From a virus (lineage: Duplodnaviria; Heunggongvirae; Uroviricota; Caudoviricetes), in the IMG/VR virus record IMGVR_UViG_2585427758_000008: a stretch of DNA of 24,624 bases. One strand, written 5' to 3'. Under the pieces are notes generated by a model that was given only the letters and a program-made list of their open reading frames with translations, was not told where the DNA came from and did no database searches. Below, one piece after another: positions 8,599 through 15,600 of this stretch. The number at the start of each line of letters is the position of its first letter. Position 1 is the stretch's first letter. The position numbers and the translations under genes were made by a program.

Positions 8599-8681
8599 CG
8601 GTCAGTGGCGGGGGTCGAACCCGCATACATGATCCACCCGGAGGCAGGCACCGACTTTACCAGTTAAGCGTACACTGACCG
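8599..8681. other. Structured intergenic element (nested hairpins; tRNA-like T-arm plus acceptor-like stem on the minus strand)
   Basis: cggtcagtg (8599..8607) pairs with cactgaccg (8673..8681); internal hairpin GCGGG-7nt-CCCGC; on the minus strand this reads GCGGGTTCGACCCCCGC followed by CACTGAC, resembling a tRNA T-arm and 3' acceptor strand. A T-rich tract follows on the plus strand. Confidence 0.3.
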
Positions 8682-8719
8682 CCTGTTTATTTTATATTCA
8701 TCCTTTATGCGGAGGCAAT

Positions 8720-9193
8720 ATGTCATCCATTGATGCCGCTGTCGTTGTTGACGTTACGCGTCTCCAGCGGGTGTTTGCCCGGCTTCAGTTTGTGGGCGGC
8801 GGAAAAGACCTGGCCCGCAGTGTGGCGGAGAGTCTTCTGTCATCGTCAGAAATGGCGTTTGAACAGGAAAAAGAGCCGGACGGCGAACGCTGGCATGACT
8901 GGTCAGATCCTTACCGCAAGTGGCGTACCCGTAAGGGATACACGCCCGGCAAAATCCTGACACTGAACGGCGATCTGGCCCGCCGCCTGACCACGGATTA
9001 TGGCGATACCTGGGCGCTGATTGGATCAAATGAACCTTATGCGGCCATTCATCAGTGGGGTGGCCTGCCTGGTATGCCACCGGGACCGGCGGCCATTGGC
9101 GCACGTCCGTATATGGGCTTTGATCAGGTGGCAGAACAGGAGATCATGGACGAAATCAGAAAACGCTTTAAAAAGGCCACAGAAACGCCGTAA
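8720..9193 (+). CDS. Mu G-like virion morphogenesis protein (gp31-like)
   Basis: 157-aa ORF with GGAGG RBS, between the F and I genes as in Mu. Confidence 0.65.
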   Translation: MSSIDAAVVVDVTRLQRVFARLQFVGGGKDLARSVAESLLSSSEMAFEQEKEPDGERWHDWSDPYRKWRTRKGYTPGKILTLNGDLARRLTTDYGDTWALIGSNEPYAAIHQWGGLPGMPPGPAAIGARPYMGFDQVAEQEIMDEIRKRFKKATETP

Positions 9194-9370
9194 TGGTTTA
9201 AGGTATACAAACGCATTACCTTACCCTCTTCAGGCGCGTGTCGTGATTTTCTAACCTGTATTTAACGGGCTTTAAAATCTGCGTGAAGCGCCTTTCTCAT
9301 TTTTCCCCTGTCAGCACTTTCTGAAGTCCCGCAAAACCGGCCCCGAAAAACACCGGCTTATGCTGCCGGA
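9194..9370 (+). promoter_or_regulatory. 177-bp G-I intergenic region; candidate late promoter (Mu PI position)
   Basis: Only long non-coding gap inside the morphogenesis operon; Mu has a C-dependent late promoter upstream of I. No motif could be confirmed by eye. Confidence 0.3.
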
Positions 9371-10495
9371 ATGAAGACGAAAAACACGCCCAAACTTGCT
9401 TATGCCATTCTGAATGCCATCAGCCTGTCCGCAGACGGGGACGGTGACTGGTGTCAGATCATGCCAGCCGGTCGGGTAAAGGCCCGTGACGGTCGCCCGG
9501 AAAAACCGGCGGAAGGCTGGCTGATTAACCATGCGGCCGTTGAGCGCATGGTATCCCGGGTTGTGGCGCTCAATCAGCCGGTAAAAATTGACTACAACCA
9601 CCAGACCCTGATTAAGGGGCATCCGGCACCGGCTGCCGGTTTTGTCATGGCCTCACCGGAAAACTTCCGCTTCAGTGAAGAGCGGGGTTTTGAAGTGCGT
9701 CCGGACTGGAACCCTCCGGCCATTGAACACCTGCGCAATAACGAATTTCCCTGGTTTTCCCCGGTGATTGGTTATGACGAAATCACCGGTGAACCTGTTG
9801 AGCTTCGGATGCTGGCTATTACCGGTGACCCCGGTCTGACTGGCATGAATCCTGTCGCCGCACTGTCGGCGGATGACCTTTATAACGCCTTAAACCCTCC
9901 TTTAAAGGACACCTCCATGAATGAGCAATTACGCCAGTTGCTGACGGCGCTCGGTCTGACCGTGGCCGACGGTGACGAATTTACACCGGAACTGGGCACG
10001 GCGGCGCTGTCTGCCCTTACCGGGATCAAAACCCGTGCGGATGCGCACGACACCCTGAAAACGCAGGTTGCCAGCCTGTCGGCAGAGCTGGAAACCGCAA
10101 AAGGCACACCAACTGGCGGCACTATTGATCTGACGAAATACGTGCCCGTTGAGACGTATAACGCCCTGCGTACCGAATATGTCGCGTTGTCGGCACAACA
10201 CGGCAGCACCACGCTGGAGCAGTTGCTGGATAAGGCCGAGTCCGAAGGACGCATTTTCAAAAGCGAACGCGGATACATGGAAGGACTCGGACAACAGATT
10301 GGTGTTGCGGCACTTTCTGCACAGCTTGACGCCCGCCAGCCGGTTGCGGCTCTGACCACTCTTCAGACCGACACCGTAACCGTGCCGGATAAAAAGACCG
10401 CCACCGCTGCGCTGTCGGCTGAAGATATCGCCGCCGCCCATCTGCTGGGTAAAACCGAAGCCGAGTTCCTGAAAATGAAAGAGGAAATGCAATAA
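9371..10495 (+). CDS. Head maturation protease / scaffold (Mu I, gp32-like)
   Basis: 374-aa ORF directly upstream of the major head gene; the C-terminal half is Ala/Leu/Glu-rich and helical, as expected of a scaffold. Confidence 0.75.
   Translation: MKTKNTPKLAYAILNAISLSADGDGDWCQIMPAGRVKARDGRPEKPAEGWLINHAAVERMVSRVVALNQPVKIDYNHQTLIKGHPAPAAGFVMASPENFRFSEERGFEVRPDWNPPAIEHLRNNEFPWFSPVIGYDEITGEPVELRMLAITGDPGLTGMNPVAALSADDLYNALNPPLKDTSMNEQLRQLLTALGLTVADGDEFTPELGTAALSALTGIKTRADAHDTLKTQVASLSAELETAKGTPTGGTIDLTKYVPVETYNALRTEYVALSAQHGSTTLEQLLDKAESEGRIFKSERGYMEGLGQQIGVAALSAQLDARQPVAALTTLQTDTVTVPDKKTATAALSAEDIAAAHLLGKTEAEFLKMKEEMQ
9917..10495 (+). CDS. Candidate nested in-frame scaffold protein (Mu Z-like) within the I gene
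   Basis: In-frame ATG at 9917 preceded by AAGGA with about 7-nt spacing; in Mu the scaffold Z is translated from an internal start within I. Confidence 0.35.
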   Translation: MNEQLRQLLTALGLTVADGDEFTPELGTAALSALTGIKTRADAHDTLKTQVASLSAELETAKGTPTGGTIDLTKYVPVETYNALRTEYVALSAQHGSTTLEQLLDKAESEGRIFKSERGYMEGLGQQIGVAALSAQLDARQPVAALTTLQTDTVTVPDKKTATAALSAEDIAAAHLLGKTEAEFLKMKEEMQ

Positions 10496-11442
10496 TGCCT
10501 ACCCCGATCACACCGGCGATGATCACCGCCCTGATGACGGGCTACCGTTCTGATTTTCAGGCCGGGATGTCCATGGCTCCGTCTCAGTACCAGAAAATTG
10601 CGATGACCGTACCGTCCACGTCGAAATCCAACACCTACGGCTGGCTGGGGCAGTTCCCGCAGTTCCGTGAGTGGATCGGCTCCCGCGTCATCGAGAAGAT
10701 GAAAGCCTATGGCTACGCCATCGTGAACAAAACCTTTGAAGGCACCGTTGCCATTAGCCGCGATGACTTTGAAGACGACAATCTTGGCATCTACTCCCCG
10801 TTGTTCCAGGAGATGGGGCGCGCTGCGGCGGCACAACCGGATGAACTGGTCTTTGCTGCACTGCGTGATGGTCTGAATGCGGCCTGCTATGACGGCCAGA
10901 ACTTCTTTGATACCGAACACCCTGTTTACCCCAAAGTGGATGGCTCCGGTGATGCACAGATGGTCAGCAATATGTTTGTGGCAAAAACCGGCTCTGTCGG
11001 TGCACAGGCGGATTACAGCGGCCCGGCCTGGTATCTGCTTGACTGCTCCCGCGCGGTAAAACCGCTGATTTATCAGGATCGCCGCAAGGCCGAACTGGTT
11101 GCCCAGACAAAAGTCGATGAAGGCCGTGCGTTTACTGATAACGAGTTTGTGTTCGGTGCTTCCGCCCGTCGCAATGTGGGCTACGGCTTCTGGCAGATGG
11201 CCTACATGATGCAGTCACCGCTGACGCTGGATGCGCTGTGGCACGGCTGGTCAGCCATGCGTGACTTTAAGGCTGACGGTGGCCGCAAACTCGGCATCAA
11301 ACCCACCCATATTGTTGTCCCCACCTCGCTGGAAAAACAGGCGGTGCAGCTGCTGGAGCGCGAGCTGTTCGCGGACGGTAACACCACCGTCTCTAACGAG
11401 ATGAAGGGCAAGCTGGAGCTGGTTGTCGCGGATTATCTGTAA
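10495..11442 (+). CDS. Major head subunit (Mu T, gp34-like)
   Basis: 315-aa ORF; start overlaps the I stop (TAATG); size and position match Mu T. Confidence 0.85.
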   Translation: MPTPITPAMITALMTGYRSDFQAGMSMAPSQYQKIAMTVPSTSKSNTYGWLGQFPQFREWIGSRVIEKMKAYGYAIVNKTFEGTVAISRDDFEDDNLGIYSPLFQEMGRAAAAQPDELVFAALRDGLNAACYDGQNFFDTEHPVYPKVDGSGDAQMVSNMFVAKTGSVGAQADYSGPAWYLLDCSRAVKPLIYQDRRKAELVAQTKVDEGRAFTDNEFVFGASARRNVGYGFWQMAYMMQSPLTLDALWHGWSAMRDFKADGGRKLGIKPTHIVVPTSLEKQAVQLLERELFADGNTTVSNEMKGKLELVVADYL

Positions 11443-11449
11443 ACGGTGA

Positions 11450-11468
11450 GCCGGGCTTACGGCCCGGC
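11450..11468 (+). other. GC-rich stem-loop immediately after the major head gene
   Basis: gccgggc (11450..11456) - ttacg - gcccggc (11462..11468), a 7-bp perfect stem; no U-tract follows, so more likely an mRNA stability or attenuation element than a full terminator. Confidence 0.4.
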
Positions 11469-11485
11469 CCCTGCGGAGGGCAAAT

Positions 11486-11839
11486 ATGAATGAACATCAC
11501 ACTGTGGCAGCAACAGATGATTCAGGCCTTCAGGTCAGTGGTGACAGTCCTGTCACGGTACTGGCAGAAGTGCGTTGCAGTCGTGCGCAGTTTCGTCGTG
11601 CGGGGTTCCTGTTCATGCGGGGACGCCAGCAGGTTGACGTCACCCCGGAGCAGCTTGCCCGACTGGAAGCGGAGCCATGCCTCACTGTACGAATACTACA
11701 GACGCCTGGTGATGATGCGGGAGCCGTGGCGGGGGTGGGTCATGCAGAGACCGGTGCAGATTTAGCCGAAGCCGGACAGGATGCTCCCCGGAAAAAGACC
11801 GGCAATAACGCCAGACAGGCGAAAAAGGCTCGCGCATGA
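11486..11839 (+). CDS. Hypothetical head-associated protein (Mu gp35 position)
   Basis: 117-aa ORF with GGAGGG RBS 6 nt upstream; assigned by synteny only. Confidence 0.4.
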   Translation: MNEHHTVAATDDSGLQVSGDSPVTVLAEVRCSRAQFRRAGFLFMRGRQQVDVTPEQLARLEAEPCLTVRILQTPGDDAGAVAGVGHAETGADLAEAGQDAPRKKTGNNARQAKKARA

Positions 11840-12255
11840 ATTACGCCACCGAAACCGATATGCGGGCACGTTACCGCGAGGATTTGCTCAGGCCATTACT
11901 GGCCGTGCCCCGTTCGGATGAGCCGGACGCGCGCAAGCTGAACCGGGCACTGACGGACGCGTCTGCCCTTATCGACAGTTACCTGTCTGCCCGTTACACG
12001 CTGCCGCTGGCGGTGGTTCCGGCGGTCCTTGTTCAGCATTGCTGCACGATTGCCTTTTATTACCTGTGCGATCAGCGGGCATCCGATCAGGCGCGTGACC
12101 GTTACCGTGAGGCGCTGGCCTGGCTGAAAGATGTCATGAACGGTAACGTGCCGGTCGGCGTGGATACAGACGGTGCGGCCCCTGAATCCGGGGATTTACC
12201 GCAGGTGCAGTCTGATGCGGCGGTGTTCGGGCGCAACCAGAAGGGCTTTATATGA
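11836..12255 (+). CDS. Mu gp36-like head-tail joining protein
   Basis: 139-aa ORF, start overlapping the upstream stop; synteny. Confidence 0.5.
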   Translation: MNYATETDMRARYREDLLRPLLAVPRSDEPDARKLNRALTDASALIDSYLSARYTLPLAVVPAVLVQHCCTIAFYYLCDQRASDQARDRYREALAWLKDVMNGNVPVGVDTDGAAPESGDLPQVQSDAAVFGRNQKGFI

Positions 12256-12815
12256 TTACGGAAACCGAGCAAGCGTACATCGCCCGTATCCGTGAGTATT
12301 TCGGGAATGAACTGGTGTCAGTTGACACGCATCCCGGCGACTGGAGCGACAGTGTGCTGCGCACCATGCTGATTAGCGCCCCGGCGATCTACGTTGCCTG
12401 GCTGGGTGCCGGTGAAGGCCGTACCCGTGGGCGTCTGGTCAGCCACTGGGTGTTCTACGTCATCGGCGACATGCTCAATGGCCGTGAGGTCAGCCGTCCC
12501 GGGCTTTATCAGATTGTGGCCCGCCTGATTACCGTGCTGGACGGCTTCAGAACCGAAAAAACCTCACCGCTTTACTTTGAAAAGGCGGTCAACGGTTACA
12601 CCGAAACGCAGGCCGACAGTGGCGCGGTGATGTATGCGCTTTATTTCTCCTGCGAGGAAATGATCGCACCGCTGACTGATATCAGCTCGCTGGATGATTT
12701 CCTGCGCCATTACGAAACCTTCACCGAACCGGAAGGCACACCGGAATTTAAGGCGCACATCAGCCTGCCAGGTGCAACCGCCGCCGGTGAAAAAGCCGGA
12801 CCGTCAGAGGAATAA
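12252..12815 (+). CDS. Mu gp37-like protein
   Basis: 187-aa ORF, start overlapping the upstream stop; synteny. Confidence 0.5.
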   Translation: MITETEQAYIARIREYFGNELVSVDTHPGDWSDSVLRTMLISAPAIYVAWLGAGEGRTRGRLVSHWVFYVIGDMLNGREVSRPGLYQIVARLITVLDGFRTEKTSPLYFEKAVNGYTETQADSGAVMYALYFSCEEMIAPLTDISSLDDFLRHYETFTEPEGTPEFKAHISLPGATAAGEKAGPSEE

Positions 12816-12818
12816 CAG

Positions 12819-13106
12819 ATGACAACCATTTTTATCAAACCCGCGCCGGGATGCCTGATCCGCGATCCGGACACCATGAAACCGCTGGCGCAGGAGGGAG
12901 AGGAAAAACCCTTCACCCCGTTCTGGTGCCGCCGTCTTAATGACGGGGACGTCATTGTGGTGGAAAAAGCGGCTGAAGCAGCACCGGCAGCAGCGTCTGC
13001 AACGACTGATGCCGCCGGAAAACCCGCGGGAGCGGCAGCAGAAAAACCTGCGACTGAAAAACCCGCGACTGAAAAACCCGCAGCATCAGACAAGGGGACG
13101 TCCTGA
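12819..13106 (+). CDS. Mu gp38-like small protein with Ala/Pro/Lys/Glu-rich repetitive tail
   Basis: 95-aa ORF; C-terminal KPATEKPATEKPAA encoded by tandem 15-bp units; stop overlaps the sheath start. Confidence 0.4.
   Translation: MTTIFIKPAPGCLIRDPDTMKPLAQEGEEKPFTPFWCRRLNDGDVIVVEKAAEAAPAAASATTDAAGKPAGAAAEKPATEKPATEKPAASDKGTS
13041..13085 (+). repeat. Three tandem 15-bp units, in frame, inside the gp38-like gene
   Basis: gaaaaacctgcgact / gaaaaacccgcgact / gaaaaacccgcagca. Confidence 0.7.
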
Positions 13107-14608
13107 TGATTAACTTTGATTATATCGGCGATAACAATCGCATTCCGCTGGTACAGATTGAAATCAATAATTCAATGGCCGTGACCGGCACTCCACCACA
13201 GCGTCAGGCGGTACTGTTGTTTGGTCAGGCTGCAATGAAAGACACCACCATTCAGGGGCGCGGTCAGCTTGATGTACCAGTACGTATTACCCGAGCTTCA
13301 CAAGCAAGAGAACTCTGGGGGCGAGGTTCCATGATTGCACTGATGGTAGAGGAATTTATCGCCATTAACCCTGACACAGAGTTATATGCCATTGCACAGG
13401 GGGCTGGAACAGGTCAGTCCAGGGCATGCGTGATGAATATCATTGGAACAGCATTGGCAGACGGGGTGTTAAGTGTTTACATCGGCGGTCGCCGTTACCT
13501 CCTGCCCGTCAGTAAGGGGAAAAAAGGTAAAGAGCTTGTGGAAGAGCTGGCTAAGGTCATTAACGCTGACACTGATGCGCCATTCACTGCTATCGCAGCT
13601 GAAGTCAGTGGTGATAATGCTGAAGGACTTAAAGGGAGCATGGGGGTTAACGCCCGCTTTATCGGTGAATGCTCAGCTCATGATTTACGGGTGAACTATT
13701 ATGACGGTGAAACTACACCGGCCGGTCTTACGCTGGAGCTCGTCGCGCCAACACAGAAGGCAACAAACCCCGATATCACCCGTAGCGTCTCAGGGATGGG
13801 GAATCGTCAGTACAACTACATCGTCATGCCCTATAAGGATGCGACAAATCTCAAAATTCTGGCGGATGAACTGCTGAAACGCTGGGGACCGGTAAAAATG
13901 TCGGACGGTATGGTCTGGATGGCGCATACCGGCACCTTCGGTACGGCAACCAGTTTTGGTGAATCCCGTAATGACTTCCTGTTTACCTGCACTTCTATTC
14001 CTAAAGCACCAGAGCCGGATTATGTCTGGGCGGCCTCCATTTGTGCGGTCTGTGCGCCCTCCCTGTCAACGGATCCGGCCCGACCATTACAGACACTGGC
14101 GCTGCCTGCCCGTATGGCACCTGAAGCACCGGCTCGTCTGACGCGGGAAGAGCGAAACAGCCTGCTTTATACCGGCATGTCCACGGTGACCGTTGCGGCC
14201 GCTGATGTGGTGCAGATTGAACGTCAGGTGACGATGTACCGTCAGAATGCATACGGCGAAAGCGATCCCAGCTATCTGGATGTAGAAACCATCTACACCC
14301 TGTCATATCTGCGTTATTCCCTGCGCACCTTTATCACGCAGCGTTTCCCGCGCCACAAACTGGCCGATAACGGTACTCCCGTCCGGCCCGGTCAGAATAT
14401 CGTGACGCCGGAGATTATGACGCTCCAGCTGATTGCACTGGGGGAAGAATGGGTGGAACTCGGGCTGGTCGAAAATCTGGACACCTTTAAAAAGAATCTG
14501 CTCGTGGAGCGCAACACAAAAGACCGTAACCGTCTGGATGTGATGTGTACACCGGATCTGGTTAACCAGTTCCGCTTCATGGCCGCGCAGATCCGTTTCA
14601 TTTTGTGA
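13106..14608 (+). CDS. Contractile tail sheath protein (Mu L, gp39-like)
   Basis: 500-aa ORF immediately followed by a 121-aa tube-size ORF; matches Mu order and size. Confidence 0.85.
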   Translation: MINFDYIGDNNRIPLVQIEINNSMAVTGTPPQRQAVLLFGQAAMKDTTIQGRGQLDVPVRITRASQARELWGRGSMIALMVEEFIAINPDTELYAIAQGAGTGQSRACVMNIIGTALADGVLSVYIGGRRYLLPVSKGKKGKELVEELAKVINADTDAPFTAIAAEVSGDNAEGLKGSMGVNARFIGECSAHDLRVNYYDGETTPAGLTLELVAPTQKATNPDITRSVSGMGNRQYNYIVMPYKDATNLKILADELLKRWGPVKMSDGMVWMAHTGTFGTATSFGESRNDFLFTCTSIPKAPEPDYVWAASICAVCAPSLSTDPARPLQTLALPARMAPEAPARLTREERNSLLYTGMSTVTVAAADVVQIERQVTMYRQNAYGESDPSYLDVETIYTLSYLRYSLRTFITQRFPRHKLADNGTPVRPGQNIVTPEIMTLQLIALGEEWVELGLVENLDTFKKNLLVERNTKDRNRLDVMCTPDLVNQFRFMAAQIRFIL

Positions 14609-14616
14609 GGTAAGGC

Positions 14617-14982
14617 ATGAGCGGAAAACAGCATCAGGGCACGGCCACCATCCGTGTGAACGGACAGGAGTACGCCACCCTTGAGGGAGCCACGTTCTCC
14701 CCGTCCGGCTTTGAGCGTGAAGTGGTGAAAGGCGCGAAAGTTTACGGCTATCGCGAGAAACCCCGTGAGGCGACGCTGGACTGTAAATTCCCGGCGGGCG
14801 GAGAAGGGTCACCGGCTGCCGATGAAATCAACACCTGGACTGCGGTCACGATTGAGTTCGTGGCCGATACCGGTGAAGTCCACATGATGACGAAGGCCTG
14901 GAGCAGTGAACCGGCCTCGCTTGACGGTGGTGGTGATATCTCCGCGAAGTTCGCCAGCGCCACCAGTACCCGTGTCCAGTAA
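14617..14982 (+). CDS. Tail tube protein (Mu M, gp40-like)
   Basis: 121-aa ORF after the sheath with AGGTAAGG RBS. Confidence 0.7.
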   Translation: MSGKQHQGTATIRVNGQEYATLEGATFSPSGFEREVVKGAKVYGYREKPREATLDCKFPAGGEGSPAADEINTWTAVTIEFVADTGEVHMMTKAWSSEPASLDGGGDISAKFASATSTRVQ

Positions 14983-14996
14983 TCAGGAAAAATGTA

Positions 14997-15473
14997 ATGA
15001 GCACACGTAAGAAAAAAACGGCGGTTTCTGACGAGGCCGTGATGGAGGCTATCCGGGATGCACTTGAAGACGGCGATCCCCGCACCGCCGGGCTGGCTGA
15101 ACAACTGGCGAACGGCTATGTGGATCTGCTCGACGGTCTGCCGTTCGGGGAATCCCGTGAATACCGCGTCACCTTCCGCGAACTGACGGCAAAAGACAGC
15201 ATTGATGCGGAGAGCGAGGCCGAGCGTCTTATGGAAACCCGAAACGGTCCGGTTCTTGTGGCCTCACCGGCACTGCGCGGCATTGCGCTGCTGCGCCGTC
15301 AGATTGCCGCTGTCGGCCAGATTGAGGGGCCATTGTCTCCGCGTCAGATAGGACAGCTCAGCGAGCGCGATCTCTCCCGACTGATGGCGGCAGTAAGCCT
15401 GCTTGATTCCGCGATGGCCGGAAAGCTGGTCGCTGAACGGGGGCGATCAGATGCAGTGCCGGGATCAGATTGA
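14997..15473 (+). CDS. Tail assembly chaperone candidate (Mu gp41 position)
   Basis: 158-aa acidic ORF between the tube and tape-measure genes. Confidence 0.5.
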   Translation: MSTRKKKTAVSDEAVMEAIRDALEDGDPRTAGLAEQLANGYVDLLDGLPFGESREYRVTFRELTAKDSIDAESEAERLMETRNGPVLVASPALRGIALLRRQIAAVGQIEGPLSPRQIGQLSERDLSRLMAAVSLLDSAMAGKLVAERGRSDAVPGSD

Positions 15474-15597
15474 AGAAGCCGCAATTGTGCTGGGGATGGT
15501 GACAAAAAGCGGCCCGGAGTGGGCGCTTAACCTCCCCTTATCGCAGCTTTACCGGCACTGCCGACAGACCGAAAAAATTCTCAGAACGAAGCAGTAA
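15451..15597 (+). CDS. Small ORF overlapping the chaperone 3' end in the +1 frame and ending just before the tape-measure gene
   Basis: Frame open from 15403 to 15597; ATG at 15451 preceded by GGGGG; stop 3 nt before the tape-measure start. Either an independent small gene or a frameshift extension. Confidence 0.25.
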   Translation: MQCRDQIEEAAIVLGMVTKSGPEWALNLPLSQLYRHCRQTEKILRTKQ

Positions 15598-15600
15598 CCC

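Noticed and set aside
8599-8681. A genuine tRNA gene on the minus strand
   Set aside because: Only a T-arm and acceptor-like pairing can be drawn; no acceptable D-arm or anticodon stem-loop. Kept as a structured-element finding, not called as tRNA.
9929-10920. Minus-strand ORFs of 187 and 185 aa (9929..10492, 10363..10920)
   Set aside because: Antisense to the protease/scaffold and major head genes; no independent support.
13041-13085. CRISPR-like repeat array
   Set aside because: The repeats are 15 bp, directly tandem with no spacers, and in frame within a coding region; not a CRISPR array. None seen elsewhere in the window.
15403-15473. Canonical -1 programmed frameshift in the tail chaperone
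   Set aside because: The -1 frame terminates after about 20 codons; only the +1 frame stays open to the tape-measure start, and no clear slippery heptamer was found.
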